From the NCBI GenBank assembly GCA_003971905.1, contig RSEE01000067.1, forward strand, positions 365,089-385,088: a DNA stretch of 20,000 bases, read 5' to 3'. The notes beneath the pieces were generated by a model. The model searched no databases. It saw only the letters and a program-made list of their open reading frames with translations, and was not told the origin of the DNA. Each line of letters begins with the position of its first letter. The stretch's first letter is position 1. Below, one piece after another: positions 10,101 through 19,045 of this stretch. The translations under genes were made by a program, and so were the position numbers. This stretch comes from Moniliella sp. 'wahieum'. Lineage: Eukaryota.

Positions 10101-12227
10101 CGGGACTGACGTGTGCAGGACCCCCAAAGTCACCTCGGCAAATTGTCCCAACTCCCACGTCTCAAGCTCTTCTTGGAAACCCGGCGGATATGTCCCTGCC
10201 GGCAGGGACACTTCTGCCGAGACGATTTCTGTCAAATCTGGCCAATCGTCCTTGGAGATGGTTTCTGCTCACCGAACTGAACGTCCTGGTGTGGCGGGTT
10301 CAAGTTCCAAGACGGTGGAAGCGGCGCATGTAGATGCAGAGAAGCCGACTCCTACTTCGTTCGACCAAGGGATAAAGGGACAGGAAGCGAACAGTGTATG
10401 CTCCAGCGGTACGTGTTTCTTTTGCTGCTGCCCCGCCTGTGGGCCACACATCGCTGACCCTTTTCTCATGACTTGGTCACAGTGACAGGCAGTCACGGCA
10501 CGCCTGGCACGGTCAGGGACGATGGCCAACTGACTATTCCCACGCGGCAAGCGCAACCCGTACCAGTGTGGCCGCAGGTGTACGACTACGATTGCACGTC
10601 GGAGGTGCTACTCGCTACGCTCCATGCGGCCCAAGTTACGAGTCCTTCGGAAGGATCTCGATCGGCGCGCGAGTTGTCTGGCCTGCTATCCAACGCCCTT
10701 TGCAACACGCTGGGTTCCCAGCATTGGCATGCGATCGCTGGGACCGGCTTTATCCATCCCCCTGCCCAAGCTACTTCCATTATGTACTTCACTCTTGGGG
10801 CGGTGTACTGGACAGTGTACTACTACGAGACGCCAGCGCCACCGCGTCTGCCCGTTCCTGCTGCGCTGCTGGCCATCGGGGGGCGGGAGTGGCAAGCGCA
10901 GGGCTTGCTGCCAAAGCAATTTTCACCCCAGGGTCACCGCGCCCGCGCCCCACCCTACCACAACCCTCCTCTTCCTCGTCAACCTCCTACAACAAGCAGC
11001 GGGACAACGATGAGGAGGAGAGGACGGAATCAGTCGAGGTCGAATTGGAAACCGGAGAAGCGCGCCAGGCCGAGTTGGAAGTCGCCTCTCCGTTGCCCAA
11101 GACCTCGGAGGATAAGCAGTCGAAATCCGTCGAGGTTGAGTTGGAACCCGAGCAAGTGCACCAGCCAGAGTTAGAACTCGCATCTCAGTCGTCCTCCTCC
11201 CCCTCGGTTGTCAGCGAAGTGAGTACCTGGATTCGGATACGGAGGACACCCCTGCATCCGACCTCGTTTCATCCTTGGACCAGAGTGCCCTGTCGGGAGC
11301 CGGGTCCGTGACAAGAGCCGTTTCCGACAATGCTCTAGTTGACGTCACAATCCCACTTTCTCCCCAAAACCGAGATGGCCAATTCGTTTCTACAACCCCG
11401 TCTGTCCATATGGATACGCCCACACGCGGTGTATATTCTCAACCCTTGGCAGTGCCTCAAGCGGTTCCCCCTACCCAGCCTGAGGCTGCCTCCAAACCTG
11501 CACCTTCCCAACATGAAAAACGTCAAACCTTTACCGTTGTCCAGGAGGAGAAGGGGACAGGAGAGAGGGTGCTACTCCTCTGTTCCAAACGCCTCTGAAA
11601 TTAGCAGTGAAGACTCAGAAGCGTATCCCCAGTCCAGTGTCTTGCCTCTCACGGTGATCCACGAAGAACCGAGCTTCTTACCTCGTCAATCGCTCTTACA
11701 GGCCGATTCGGATAACGGTCTACCCCTTGTCGCTCCAATGGCCTCGAAGCAGACTTCTGCCGATCACAAGGAGGCAGAAGCGGTACGTTTCACGATCGAA
11801 GAGGAATGGGAGCCAGCGGCGCCCGTCTCAAACCTCTCTCCTTCCAAGATCGAAACTTCTTGGGATGAGGTTTCTGGCTCGGCAACGCTGAGGGGCTTGG
11901 AACCTGATGGCTCTACCCGCTCGCTCCAATTCGCAACCATCCGTTTCGGAGGGACAAGCAAGCACCGCACTCGGCACGAAGGGGTTGATCAGAACCGGCA
12001 AGCCCATGGCGCCTGACTTGTCTTCCACCACCACTTCTCAAACTCGCAAGGCGGCCCTGTCTCGTTCCACTCCCCCCTCCTCCGATTCGGGTGAAGGTTT
12101 GACGCAGACCTCGGTCAGTTTCATTTGGCACGAGTCGGAAATTGTAGCGTCCACGTTGAACCGCCCTGTTACTTCCCTCGCGATGGCCCCGGTGATCCCG
12201 GTGACTGCGTCACGGGCTCGACTCTGA
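4119..12227 (+). CDS. Giant (~2,600 aa) protein with multiple divergent dynein light chain LC8-like domains and a long Pro/Glu/Ser-rich low-complexity region (multi-exon, many frameshifts)
   Basis: Continuous chain of overlapping + strand ORFs from ~4119 to ~12227 with no intergenic-looking gap and three canonical introns. LC8-like segments lie at 4349-4710, 4756-5036, 5098-5369, 5627-5903, ~6110-6441 and 10572-10826. Start, stop and single-gene status are inferred. Confidence 0.55.
4349..4710 (+). other. LC8 (DYNLL/Dyn2)-like domain 1, split by an intron
   Basis: The spliced sequence SSDMPPATQATVLAILSRAL...SAAIVQQLDDALHPHWSCVIGTSYSVLVAQDAHTFLKAKQGDVFYTLW aligns without gaps over its C-terminal ~50 aa to LC8 [48 protein letters not shown]. 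The N-terminal DM....Q......AL pattern is also present. Confidence 0.75.
4560..4654 (+). other. Spliceosomal intron (phase 1) in the giant gene
   Basis: CAAG|GTATGT ... GCTAAT / CCTGAC ... poly-C ... CCAG|AT. Splicing joins VLVAQ-D-AHTFLKAK in frame. Confidence 0.8.
7899..8075 (+). repeat. Coding 27-bp minisatellite, ~6.5 copies, encoding EPLE(T/A)TDKS
   Basis: Unit GAGCCATTGGAA(A/G)CAACAGACAAATCG repeated; translation QPLETTDKS EPLEATDKS EPLETTDKS ERLEATDKS EPFEATDKS EPFEATDKS VPLET. Confidence 0.92.
8417..8518 (+). other. Spliceosomal intron in the giant gene
   Basis: GAAG|GTACGT, T-rich interior unlike the flanks, branch TTCTAAC at ~8493-8499, TTTTAG acceptor. Confidence 0.72.
8922..9110 (+). 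repeat. Coding 12-bp tandem repeat (GAACCAGYGCYT) encoding EPVP/EPVL/EPAP, decaying into EAAT units
   Basis: EPVP EPVP EPVL EPAP EPVL EPVL EPAP EPVL EPVL EQV...; includes a duplicated 36-bp higher-order unit (EPAP EPVL EPVL). Confidence 0.9.
10409..10482 (+). other. Spliceosomal intron in the giant gene
   Basis: AGCG|GTACGT ... GCTGAC (10453-10458) ... CACAG|TG. Splicing joins ORF 9652-10485 to the frame of ORF 10473-11174 (SS-V-TGSHG). Confidence 0.78.
10572..10826 (+). other. Distal LC8-like domain
   Basis: PQVYDYDCTSEVLLATLHAAQ...RELSGLLSNALCNTLGSQHWHAIAGTGF...SIMYFTLGAVYWTVYY lies in one uninterrupted frame. WHAIAG resembles WHCIVG and MYFTLG resembles IYFYLG. Confidence 0.68.
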
Positions 12228-12457
12228 CGCTCTCCCCATTCACCATCCGTCTTTGAATCCCTTTCTCCGCACCAAGCCTCATCTTTCATCCCTCTCCTAC
12301 CTGATCTTTGTATGAACAGGCCCCAATGGATATGCCGCCAGGGTTGGATTCGTATTCGTTGCTACTCACTGGCGCCTTTGGTAGTCCTGGCCTCGGGCCG
12401 AAGCCGAGGTACTGTACAGGTATGCATTATTTTGTCCCAGGAAGTCCATGAGGGGAC

Positions 12458-13708
12458 CTACTCGTCCATGACTAGGTCGCCAAACACATGGTCGTCCGGG
12501 GCATCAGGCAGCACCTCATCCTCATCCTCCTTGTCCTCCCGGGCAGCCGAGACAATCGTAGCGAGGGAATCGCCACTCGGGCACCGTCCTGGCACGGTGG
12601 TGTCCGGCAACGGTCCCGCACCACCGCCAGTGGGAGAAGCAAACGAGGTAGATTGGGCAGAGGCAGAGGGTCGACGTGCACGTGCGCCCATCAGACGATC
12701 AAAGTTGAACGTGTCGCTGCCGAGCAGGCCGGAGCGAGGCGGGGAAACGGCTGCTGGCCACAACGCCTTTTCTTCAGGCAGACTGGTGGCATGAGTGTCC
12801 ATACCAACCAAGATAGCAGCGGCCTCCAGTAACTGGACCTGCTGGTGCTTTGACAAAAGGAACTTGGATGCCTCTTTCCAGTAGACCGTGTGTTCCTGTG
12901 GGAAGCGTCAGCATGTCGCACAGAGAGGGCAAGAGGGGGGGACGTACCCAACGGTGTTTGATCAGACAGGAAGGATGACGATACACCTTGCCACACGCTT
13001 CGCATTGGTGCAGCGTCCCTTCCTTGCTGTCCTTGCTAGGCGTGGATCGGGGAACGGAGCGAGGCACATCATCAGGTGCTTCCGCCTGTGTGCGCAGCTG
13101 CGCCAAGGCGGCCGCCGAAGGCGGTACATCCACCAGTCGAGAATCCAACGACGACGGAACGCACTCGGCACCAAAGTGCGTATGGCCCTCAACGGATGGA
13201 GAAGCACGCGCGGACGGTTCAACGTCAGTCGCCGCAGCCGCCGCCGTCATGGCTGTTGGCGGGGAGCCAGCTGGTGAGCCAAGGCACTGAGAGAGCGACT
13301 AATCTGCTCTGTTCCAGCTGGAGTCCAAGAGGGTCTTCGGCCCCAGCGTGCGGGGCCAGCGGCACTGGCAGCGAGGGAGGCGGCCGATCGACGGCGCGCA
13401 CTGCCAACGCTGTCGCGGCGGCTGGAGGCAACCGAGCGCGGTGGCGGCACAGGCAACGCCGGGGTGCGGTCGGGGTAGGCACGCAGCGACGGAGTGGCGG
13501 ACTGGAGGGGGAGACAGAGGGCGGGTGTGAGCGAGGGGTGCGCCAGGCCGATGCGGGCGTCCACACGCTCCCCTGCAGGGGAAAGGCGGCGGCCGGGCCA
13601 GCCACGGCCGGTGAGCCTCGTGCGCAGCAGCGTGCAGGCGATGTGGAGAACGGGGAGGCTGGGGCGATGGGGAGGATGGGGACGTACAGAGGAGGGGACA
13701 GAAGACAT
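12458..13708 (-). CDS. Fungal single-C2H2 zinc-finger protein (putative transcription factor), 3 exons, frameshifted N-terminal part
   Basis: After splicing: HQCEACGKVYRHPSCLIKHRW|EHTVYWKEASKFLLSKHQQVQLLEAAAILV, a C2H2 finger plus the KHQQVQLLEAA motif of a widespread fungal family. The acidic C-terminus ends ...GDLVMDE* at 12458. Start inferred at CACC-ATG 13708. Confidence 0.8.
12896..12947 (-). other. 52-nt intron splitting the zinc finger
   Basis: TGG|GTACGT ... GCTGAC ... CACAG|GAACAC; restores HRWEH in frame. Confidence 0.88.
13573..13687 (-). other. Probable first intron of the zinc-finger gene
   Basis: ATG TCT TCT GTC CCC TCC TCT|GTACGT ... GCTCAC ... CTTTCCCCTGCAG. Confidence 0.55.
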
Positions 13709-13955
13709 GGTGGGCGATGCGAGTGGCGGCCTGCTGGGGGCTGCCGTCGAGGCGTCGGCTGGGATGGCGGGGACGGTGGCGGCGGACGTGTGGGCGGCGG
13801 ACACCCAACCAAAAAAGTTCCTCCGGCCCGATGGGCCCGGCAGAAGGGGGCGCGCAACACTGCCCCCCTGCCGGCCGTGGCCACTTGCCACCAGGCGGCG
13901 CCTGGCTTGCCCCACTTGAGCAACCCTACCCTGCTGGGGCGGCGATAGCCGCGAT

Positions 13956-13989
13956 AATCGAGTAATCGAAGAATCGCCAATCGCCAATC
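13956..13989. repeat. AATCG-core 7-8 bp tandem repeat containing two CCAAT boxes
   Basis: AATCGAGT AATCGAAG AATCGCC AATCGCC AATC, ~250 bp upstream of the zinc-finger ATG. Confidence 0.6.
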
Positions 13990-14226
13990 AAATTAACCAG
14001 CATGGCCATCGGATAATTCTCGATTTAGGATTTACCCATCACTGACTAGTCACTGGCCAGCTCGATCAGCGCTCGGAACGCGCCATGGCAACGCAGTCGG
14101 AGGACTCCGACTGAGTCTCATCGATCATCCATCCCCTGCTCCTGAGACGCAGTTTGACTCGCACGCTGCAACAATCATTAACAATCGACAATCTCCGGAG
14201 CAGCGTCCGAACAGACACCAATCAAG

Positions 14227-14254
14227 GATGCATGCATGATGCATGATGCATGAT
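14227..14254. repeat. 7-bp tandem repeat (GCATGAT)x3 plus a partial copy
   Basis: GATGCAT GCATGAT GCATGAT GCATGAT read directly. Confidence 0.75.
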
Positions 14255-14481
14255 CACCATCAGCACCCCATCGACCATCTCTCCTCGACCAATCGAGCAC
14301 TGTTCTACCCTGTTCCCTGTGCGCCCTGGTCCTGGCAGATCCGTCTGCGAGGGCCGCCCCCTCCCATCCTATATCCTCCGACACCCCACGCGCCGTGGCC
14401 GCCGCTCCTTGAAAGCTACCAGCGCACGCCCTGGCTGTGGTCGCCCGCTCGGAGGCCTCACGCGGTGGGAGTGTGTAATAG

Positions 14482-14509
14482 GTGACATGTGACATGTGGC
14501 ATGCTGCAT
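14482..14509. repeat. Imperfect 7-bp tandem repeat (GTGACAT)x4
   Basis: GTGACAT GTGACAT GTGGCAT GCTGCAT read directly. Confidence 0.65.
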
Positions 14510-15423
14510 GCGAGCCAACCACAGCCACGTGGGAACAAAAGATTACGCAATCCTACCGAGCGCCTCGGCCTGTCCCATCACGCGTCACGTGGCGTGTCGC
14601 CTCAAGCGAAGATATCATCAATCATCGAATCGGTCATCCTGTGATGTGGCGCTGTAAAGCAGTCGAGGCTAGACGAGGAGGCCAAGGGCCTGTCCGAGAC
14701 GAGGGGATTTGCAAGTCGGCTGTTGAGTAGGCCGCCCTCGTCCTGGCCTGACAAACAGGAGCCAGTAATGGGCGATTACCCTTGCCCCCCCGCTCCGTCA
14801 ACACAGCGAGACAGTTTGATCGGGATGATCCTGTCTCCTGGTAGCTGAACGCTGAACGAAGAGGCGGAGTGATTGCAAACGATCCAAAAGGCAAGTATAC
14901 TACAGCAGCGACGCATTCGAACGTGCGGGGACTCCACCGGACCAACAAGGAGAACGGGAGCCGGTCCAAGGTCCAAGCATCCCCTTTTGTACCTTCCTCT
15001 TCGAGAGTGTGGAACAGTTGAAGAACAGATAATGGAGACTGGCAATGATCCTTCTTCCCACCTGTCCCAATCGTCCAAAGCTTTCGCGATTGACAAAATA
15101 CCTACAATGGGGATGAGAAGATGCACAGGAGATACCAGGCGCGAGGGCTGCATGATGCAGGTCGATGACTACTATGTTGCTATGGGACACCTATACGTGG
15201 AGACAACCCGGCTCTCGCAGAGAAGTGGACTCGTCGTGTTACATCACATGCCGACGATTCGGCCGGGCAGGTGTGAGGGTCGTGCAAAACGTCAATCAAA
15301 GATCGTAAGGGTCGTCAAAGAGGAAACGAACGGGTACACAAAAAGGGTGGGAAAGCCAGAGAAGAAAAACAAATGGGGACACCGGCACGCAGGATCCGAT
15401 TTCACCTGGTCCCCATATGGCCA

Positions 15424-16963
15424 TTAGAGCCGCGCAGGACCAAGAGCGCGACGGTGCGAGCCCAAGGAGGAAATCGGGTTGGACGACAGTTGTTCCAAGA
15501 GGTAGGCGGCTGTGCTGGTAGCGGCCTGGCGGCCAAACACAAGGCAAGTCAACATCCCGAGCCACCCAAGCGGTTGACACCGTGCACCCCACCGGCCGCC
15601 TCGCCCGCTGCGAACAACCCGGGATCACCTCCCCGTCCTCTCCGTCGTCACTCAGCACACGGCTCTTCTCGTCGATCTTGATGCCGCCCATGGTGTAGTG
15701 CAAGGCCGGAGTGACCTGCGCAACGTACCACGGTCCTTTGAGCAGGTTGTAGTTGACAAAGTCGGTGCGGCCATACGGGTCCTTGGCATGGCCCTCGGCA
15801 ATGTTGACGTACTTTTTGAATTGGGACTTGAGCGTGCTTTCGCTCACGTTCATCAACTTGGCTGTGCCCGCAATGGTGGATGCATTGAACATGAGCCCCA
15901 TGCTCTGGTAAAAGCCAGTGTAAAAGGACAATTGCTTGCCTGCATCGCCATTGAGAATCTGCCAGTAGGGGAACTTGTTGTGCTTGAACATTGTGTCGCT
16001 GACCACGGACCGTTTCTGCAGCTCATCCACAAAGCGCTTGCCAGTGCTGTCAAACATGACGGCGCCCGTACCCCGCATGGCCTCGGCCGCCAAAAACTTG
16101 GTCTTGGCATTAGGATCCGACTGATTGACCAGCGCCGTTGGGTGCACTTGAATCTCCTTTAGCTCCGTCAGAGCACCCCCAATCTCGCGCACCATCCGAT
16201 GACCGTACCCTTCGCTCCCGTTCCCATTCGTCGTAGGCAAGTTGATCAGATCAGGGCGGTATTCCTTCAAAAGCGATTCCTTGGTAAACTCAGCAGCGTA
16301 GCCTCCAGTGGCAATAATCACGGGTCCCTTGGCAGTCTTGGAATGACCGTTGTGGGTGTATTCAACGCCGGTAACCTTGTCGTCCTGAGTGAGAATCCTG
16401 AAAGAAAAAGGAGGTTAGTCCGGGTGGAGGGGTTAAGGTATACAGAACGATTGAGGGACAGATGTGTCCGTCCCGTCACCGAACGTACCGAGTAACGTTT
16501 GCCTGTGTAAGAAGTTGGAGCCGGTTGGGGTGTTCCTTGAGATGTTTTGTGCCTTGTCCAACATGCCGTCAGGATGGTGGCACCCGGCGCACCATCGCCA
16601 CGGTGGGTGCGTGGGACGCTCTGGCCGCCCATGATGCTGAGCTTGTCAAAGGTAACATTGAAGCTGGACTCGAGCCAGTCGATGGTTTCGGCCGACTGGT
16701 AGGTGAGGGTGTGAATCAGCGGCCATTGGCCAGCGAGCCGGCGGAAGCGTACGTGTCGTTGTAGAAGAGAGCCGCCGAGTCGTTGACGCCCAGCTGGGCC
16801 TGCAATTGGGTAGGAGCAGCGTTGAGGCCCGAGGTGGCCTTCTCTGAGTTGCCGCCCCAGGTGTACTTTTCCAAGAGGAGGACGTTGGCGCCATTGTCCA
16901 GGAGCGAGAGCGAAGCGGCCAGGCCAGGCCACCGCCAACCACGACGGCGTGCGGGAGGAGCAT
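15424..16963 (-). CDS. Soluble FAD-dependent fumarate reductase (flavocytochrome c flavin subunit / Osm1-Frd1-like), one intron, frameshifted; N-terminus may extend to ~17051
   Basis: VVVGGGLAGL FAD motif, LLEK..WGGNSEKATSGLN, MGGQSVPRTHRG, VIIATGGY, QVHPT, FLAAEAMRG.G, RFVDEL..R, HYTMGG, LFAAGEAAGGVHGVNRLGG, VFGR; TAA at 15424-15426. Confidence 0.9.
16398..16488 (-). other. 91-nt intron in the fumarate reductase gene
   Basis: CG|GTACGT ... GACTAAC ... CTTTTTCTTTCAG|G; restores ANVTRILTQDDKVTGVEY. Confidence 0.9.
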
Positions 16964-17071
16964 CAGGGTAGCAAGCGAAGGCAAAGGAAGGTGGGGGTGT
17001 GGTGGTGGGGGGGGGGGGAAGCAGCAAACGTGGGTGTCTCTCTGCCCGCATCAACGCCCCTACGCCTCCTC

Positions 17072-17077
17072 TTTATA
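17072..17077 (-). promoter_or_regulatory. TATA box of the fumarate reductase gene
   Basis: TATAAA on the minus strand in GC-rich context, ~110 bp upstream of ATG 16963. Confidence 0.5.
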
Positions 17078-17661
17078 GGATACACTTGCTCGCCCCGCCA
17101 GGCGCCACACACACTGGGCGCGTGCCGAGCAGGAGGGGCGGGGCGCAGGCGCACTGTGGCTCGTTGGCGTAGATCTCGCGGGGGGGCACTGGAATAGGTC
17201 CACCAGCAAGTTCCCCCTGCCGACACACCAGGCCGCCCCCGCGCCGGCCGGCCACGACGTCTCTAGCTCCTGGATCTGGGCTCTGGTCCACCTCGGTACA
17301 TACTTCTGCCCTACGGCCTCCTACACCCCCCCAGCGCCCACTCCCCTGGTGGGAGCAGGCCGTTGGCCCAGTGGATCATCCATCCCGATCAGGCATCATC
17401 GATCAGCCCTAGGCTGAGGAAAACCGCGACCGCATTCCTCCGTCTTCGTCGTCGGTGACAGTGACTGGGGCAGCTGTGGGGCTATTTCGGTATAGACCGC
17501 CGCATCGGCTCACACGCCCCTCCGCTCGCTACATTAGATCAATCGCACACACCATGCCGCCCGACCAGACAAGGAGTTGAGGGGGTATATATTGCTCGAA
17601 AACAAGTGCAGTGCGCATGCGACGACGCGGGAGACGGAGAAACCAGGCAGAGGAAGAGAGA

Positions 17662-18086
17662 CTAGTTGACCGGCTTGACAAGGCCTCGGCTAGCTTGTAT
17701 AGACCACCGTACTGTCGTTCGATACGACAGCTAGCAAGATCGTGTCGGACTCGACTGTGTCTGGGAGCGCGGCAAACACACTGCTCACGTCCCTGGGCGA
17801 AAGGACAGCAGCCATGTCGACGGGGAAGATGGCAGTGGGCTTGGAGGAGGAAGGAGACGCAGACGACGTGGCGGGCGCGCCGACGAGTGGAGGGGGAGGC
17901 GTGCCGGCCAACAGCGCCCAGGGGCACGCGGTCTCCAGCGGCGCAAGGTCGGACCAGAGGCGCGTAGGTCAGGTCGCAGTACGCCTGCCACAGCGCGGCG
18001 GCCTGCTTGGGGTGCCTCGCACGTGGGGCCGACGCGCGGGTACGCCGGTGGGAGGCGGCGGTGGCAAACGCGGCGGCGGCGGGCAT
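17662..18086 (-). CDS. SEN15: tRNA-splicing endonuclease subunit Sen15 (frameshifted)
   Basis: SH(P)AYP...HPKQAAALWQAYCDL...AIFPVDMAAVLS...SVFAALP...TILLAVVSNDSTVVY(Y)KL.RGLVKPVN*, matching the Sen15 C-terminal signature LAIV..DSTVVYY....G...P; ~140 aa. Confidence 0.82.
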
Positions 18087-18412
18087 GGCGGGCACGCGGG
18101 CGGGGCAGACACGGCAGGCAGCGTCTCGGCAGCCAAGTAGTGGTGGCGGCGCTCCCCCCCCCGGCCGGCAGCAGTGCAATTTCACACGCAGCCCGCCATC
18201 GTTTCAATGTTCAGTGCCCCCGCCTCCGCCAGAGGGCCAGCTGCGGCGCAATAAATCCCCAGCCAGCGCACGGCGCCTGTGCAGCATGCAACCCTAGGCC
18301 TGCATCCCCCCGCCCGCCCGCCCGGCCCATGCGGCCCCCACCCATCAGTCGGCCCACAGCAGATCGGCGACGCTGTCCCCCACCGCTTCCAACGCCCGTG
18401 TGGTCCTTTCGT

Positions 18413-18520
18413 GTGAGTCTGGTCCCTCCCCTCCCCCTCCCCCCCGTCCCCAGACGGGCCCGCAGTCCGGGGCACTGACGCTGGATGCTTCGCTGTGTGG
18501 CGGCGTGCTGGCGGCGACAG
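18413..18520 (+). other. 5'-UTR intron of RPL20
   Basis: GTGAGT donor, CACTGAC branch (18473-18479), and a GACAG acceptor ending 10 nt before the ATG. Confidence 0.6.
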
Positions 18521-18530
18521 ATTTCCCCCC

Positions 18531-19045
18531 ATGTCCCGCTTCACTGAGTACCTCGTGGTCGGCCGCCACCTTCCGACCGAGAAGGAGCCTACGCCCAAGC
18601 TCTACCGCATGCGCATCTTTGCGCCCAACTCGGTGGTGGCCAAGTCGCGCTTCTGGTACTTCGTTCGTCAGCTGCGTAGATGAAGAAGTCGACTGGCGAG
18701 ATTGTGGCGGTGCATGCGATTGCCGAGGCCAAGCCGCTCAAGGTGAAGAACTTTGGTGTGTGGCTGCGGTACAACTCGCGTTCCGGCACCCCAACATGTA
18801 CAAGGAGTACCGTTCTCTCTCCCGTGCCGAGGCGGTGGAGAACATGTACCAGGACATGGCCGCTCGTCACCGTGCTCGCTTCCCTCGATCCACATTCTGA
18901 AGATTGCCGAGATTGAGAAGGCGGCCGACGTGCGTCGCCCGTACATCAAGCAGCTCATCCAGCCCAACCTCAAGTTCCCCCTGCCCCACCGCAAGTCTTG
19001 GCCAAGGGTGTCTTTGCCGCGAACCGGCCCAAGACGTTCTACTAA
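18531..19045 (+). CDS. RPL20: 60S ribosomal protein L20 (eL20/L18a), four single-base deletions
   Basis: [44 protein letters not shown]...MKKSTGEIV...[17 protein letters not shown](H)NMYKEYR...[18 protein letters not shown]...RRPYIKQL...KFPLPHR...[10 protein letters not shown]. 515 nt plus 4 restored bases gives 172 codons and a stop. Confidence 0.97.

Noticed and set aside
11219..11283. Possible GTGAGT...CAG intron that would bridge two frames
   Set aside because: There is no convincing branch site, and the interior reads as natural acidic protein (EYLDSDTEDTPASDLVSSLDQ) in the downstream frame. A 1-nt error is the simpler explanation.
13076..13948. Long + strand Arg/Gly-rich ORFs opposite the zinc-finger gene
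   Set aside because: They are antisense shadows in very GC-rich DNA. Splice signals and the conserved domain are on the minus strand.
14178..14730. Short ORFs in the zinc-finger upstream region (e.g. 14243-14485)
   Set aside because: They start inside the GCATGAT repeat and have no family resemblance.
48..19045. Cluster of pseudogenes, programmed frameshifting or RNA editing
   Set aside because: Breaks are scattered single-base losses in all genes, including RPL20 and SEN15, without amino-acid decay. This is typical of unpolished long-read consensus error.
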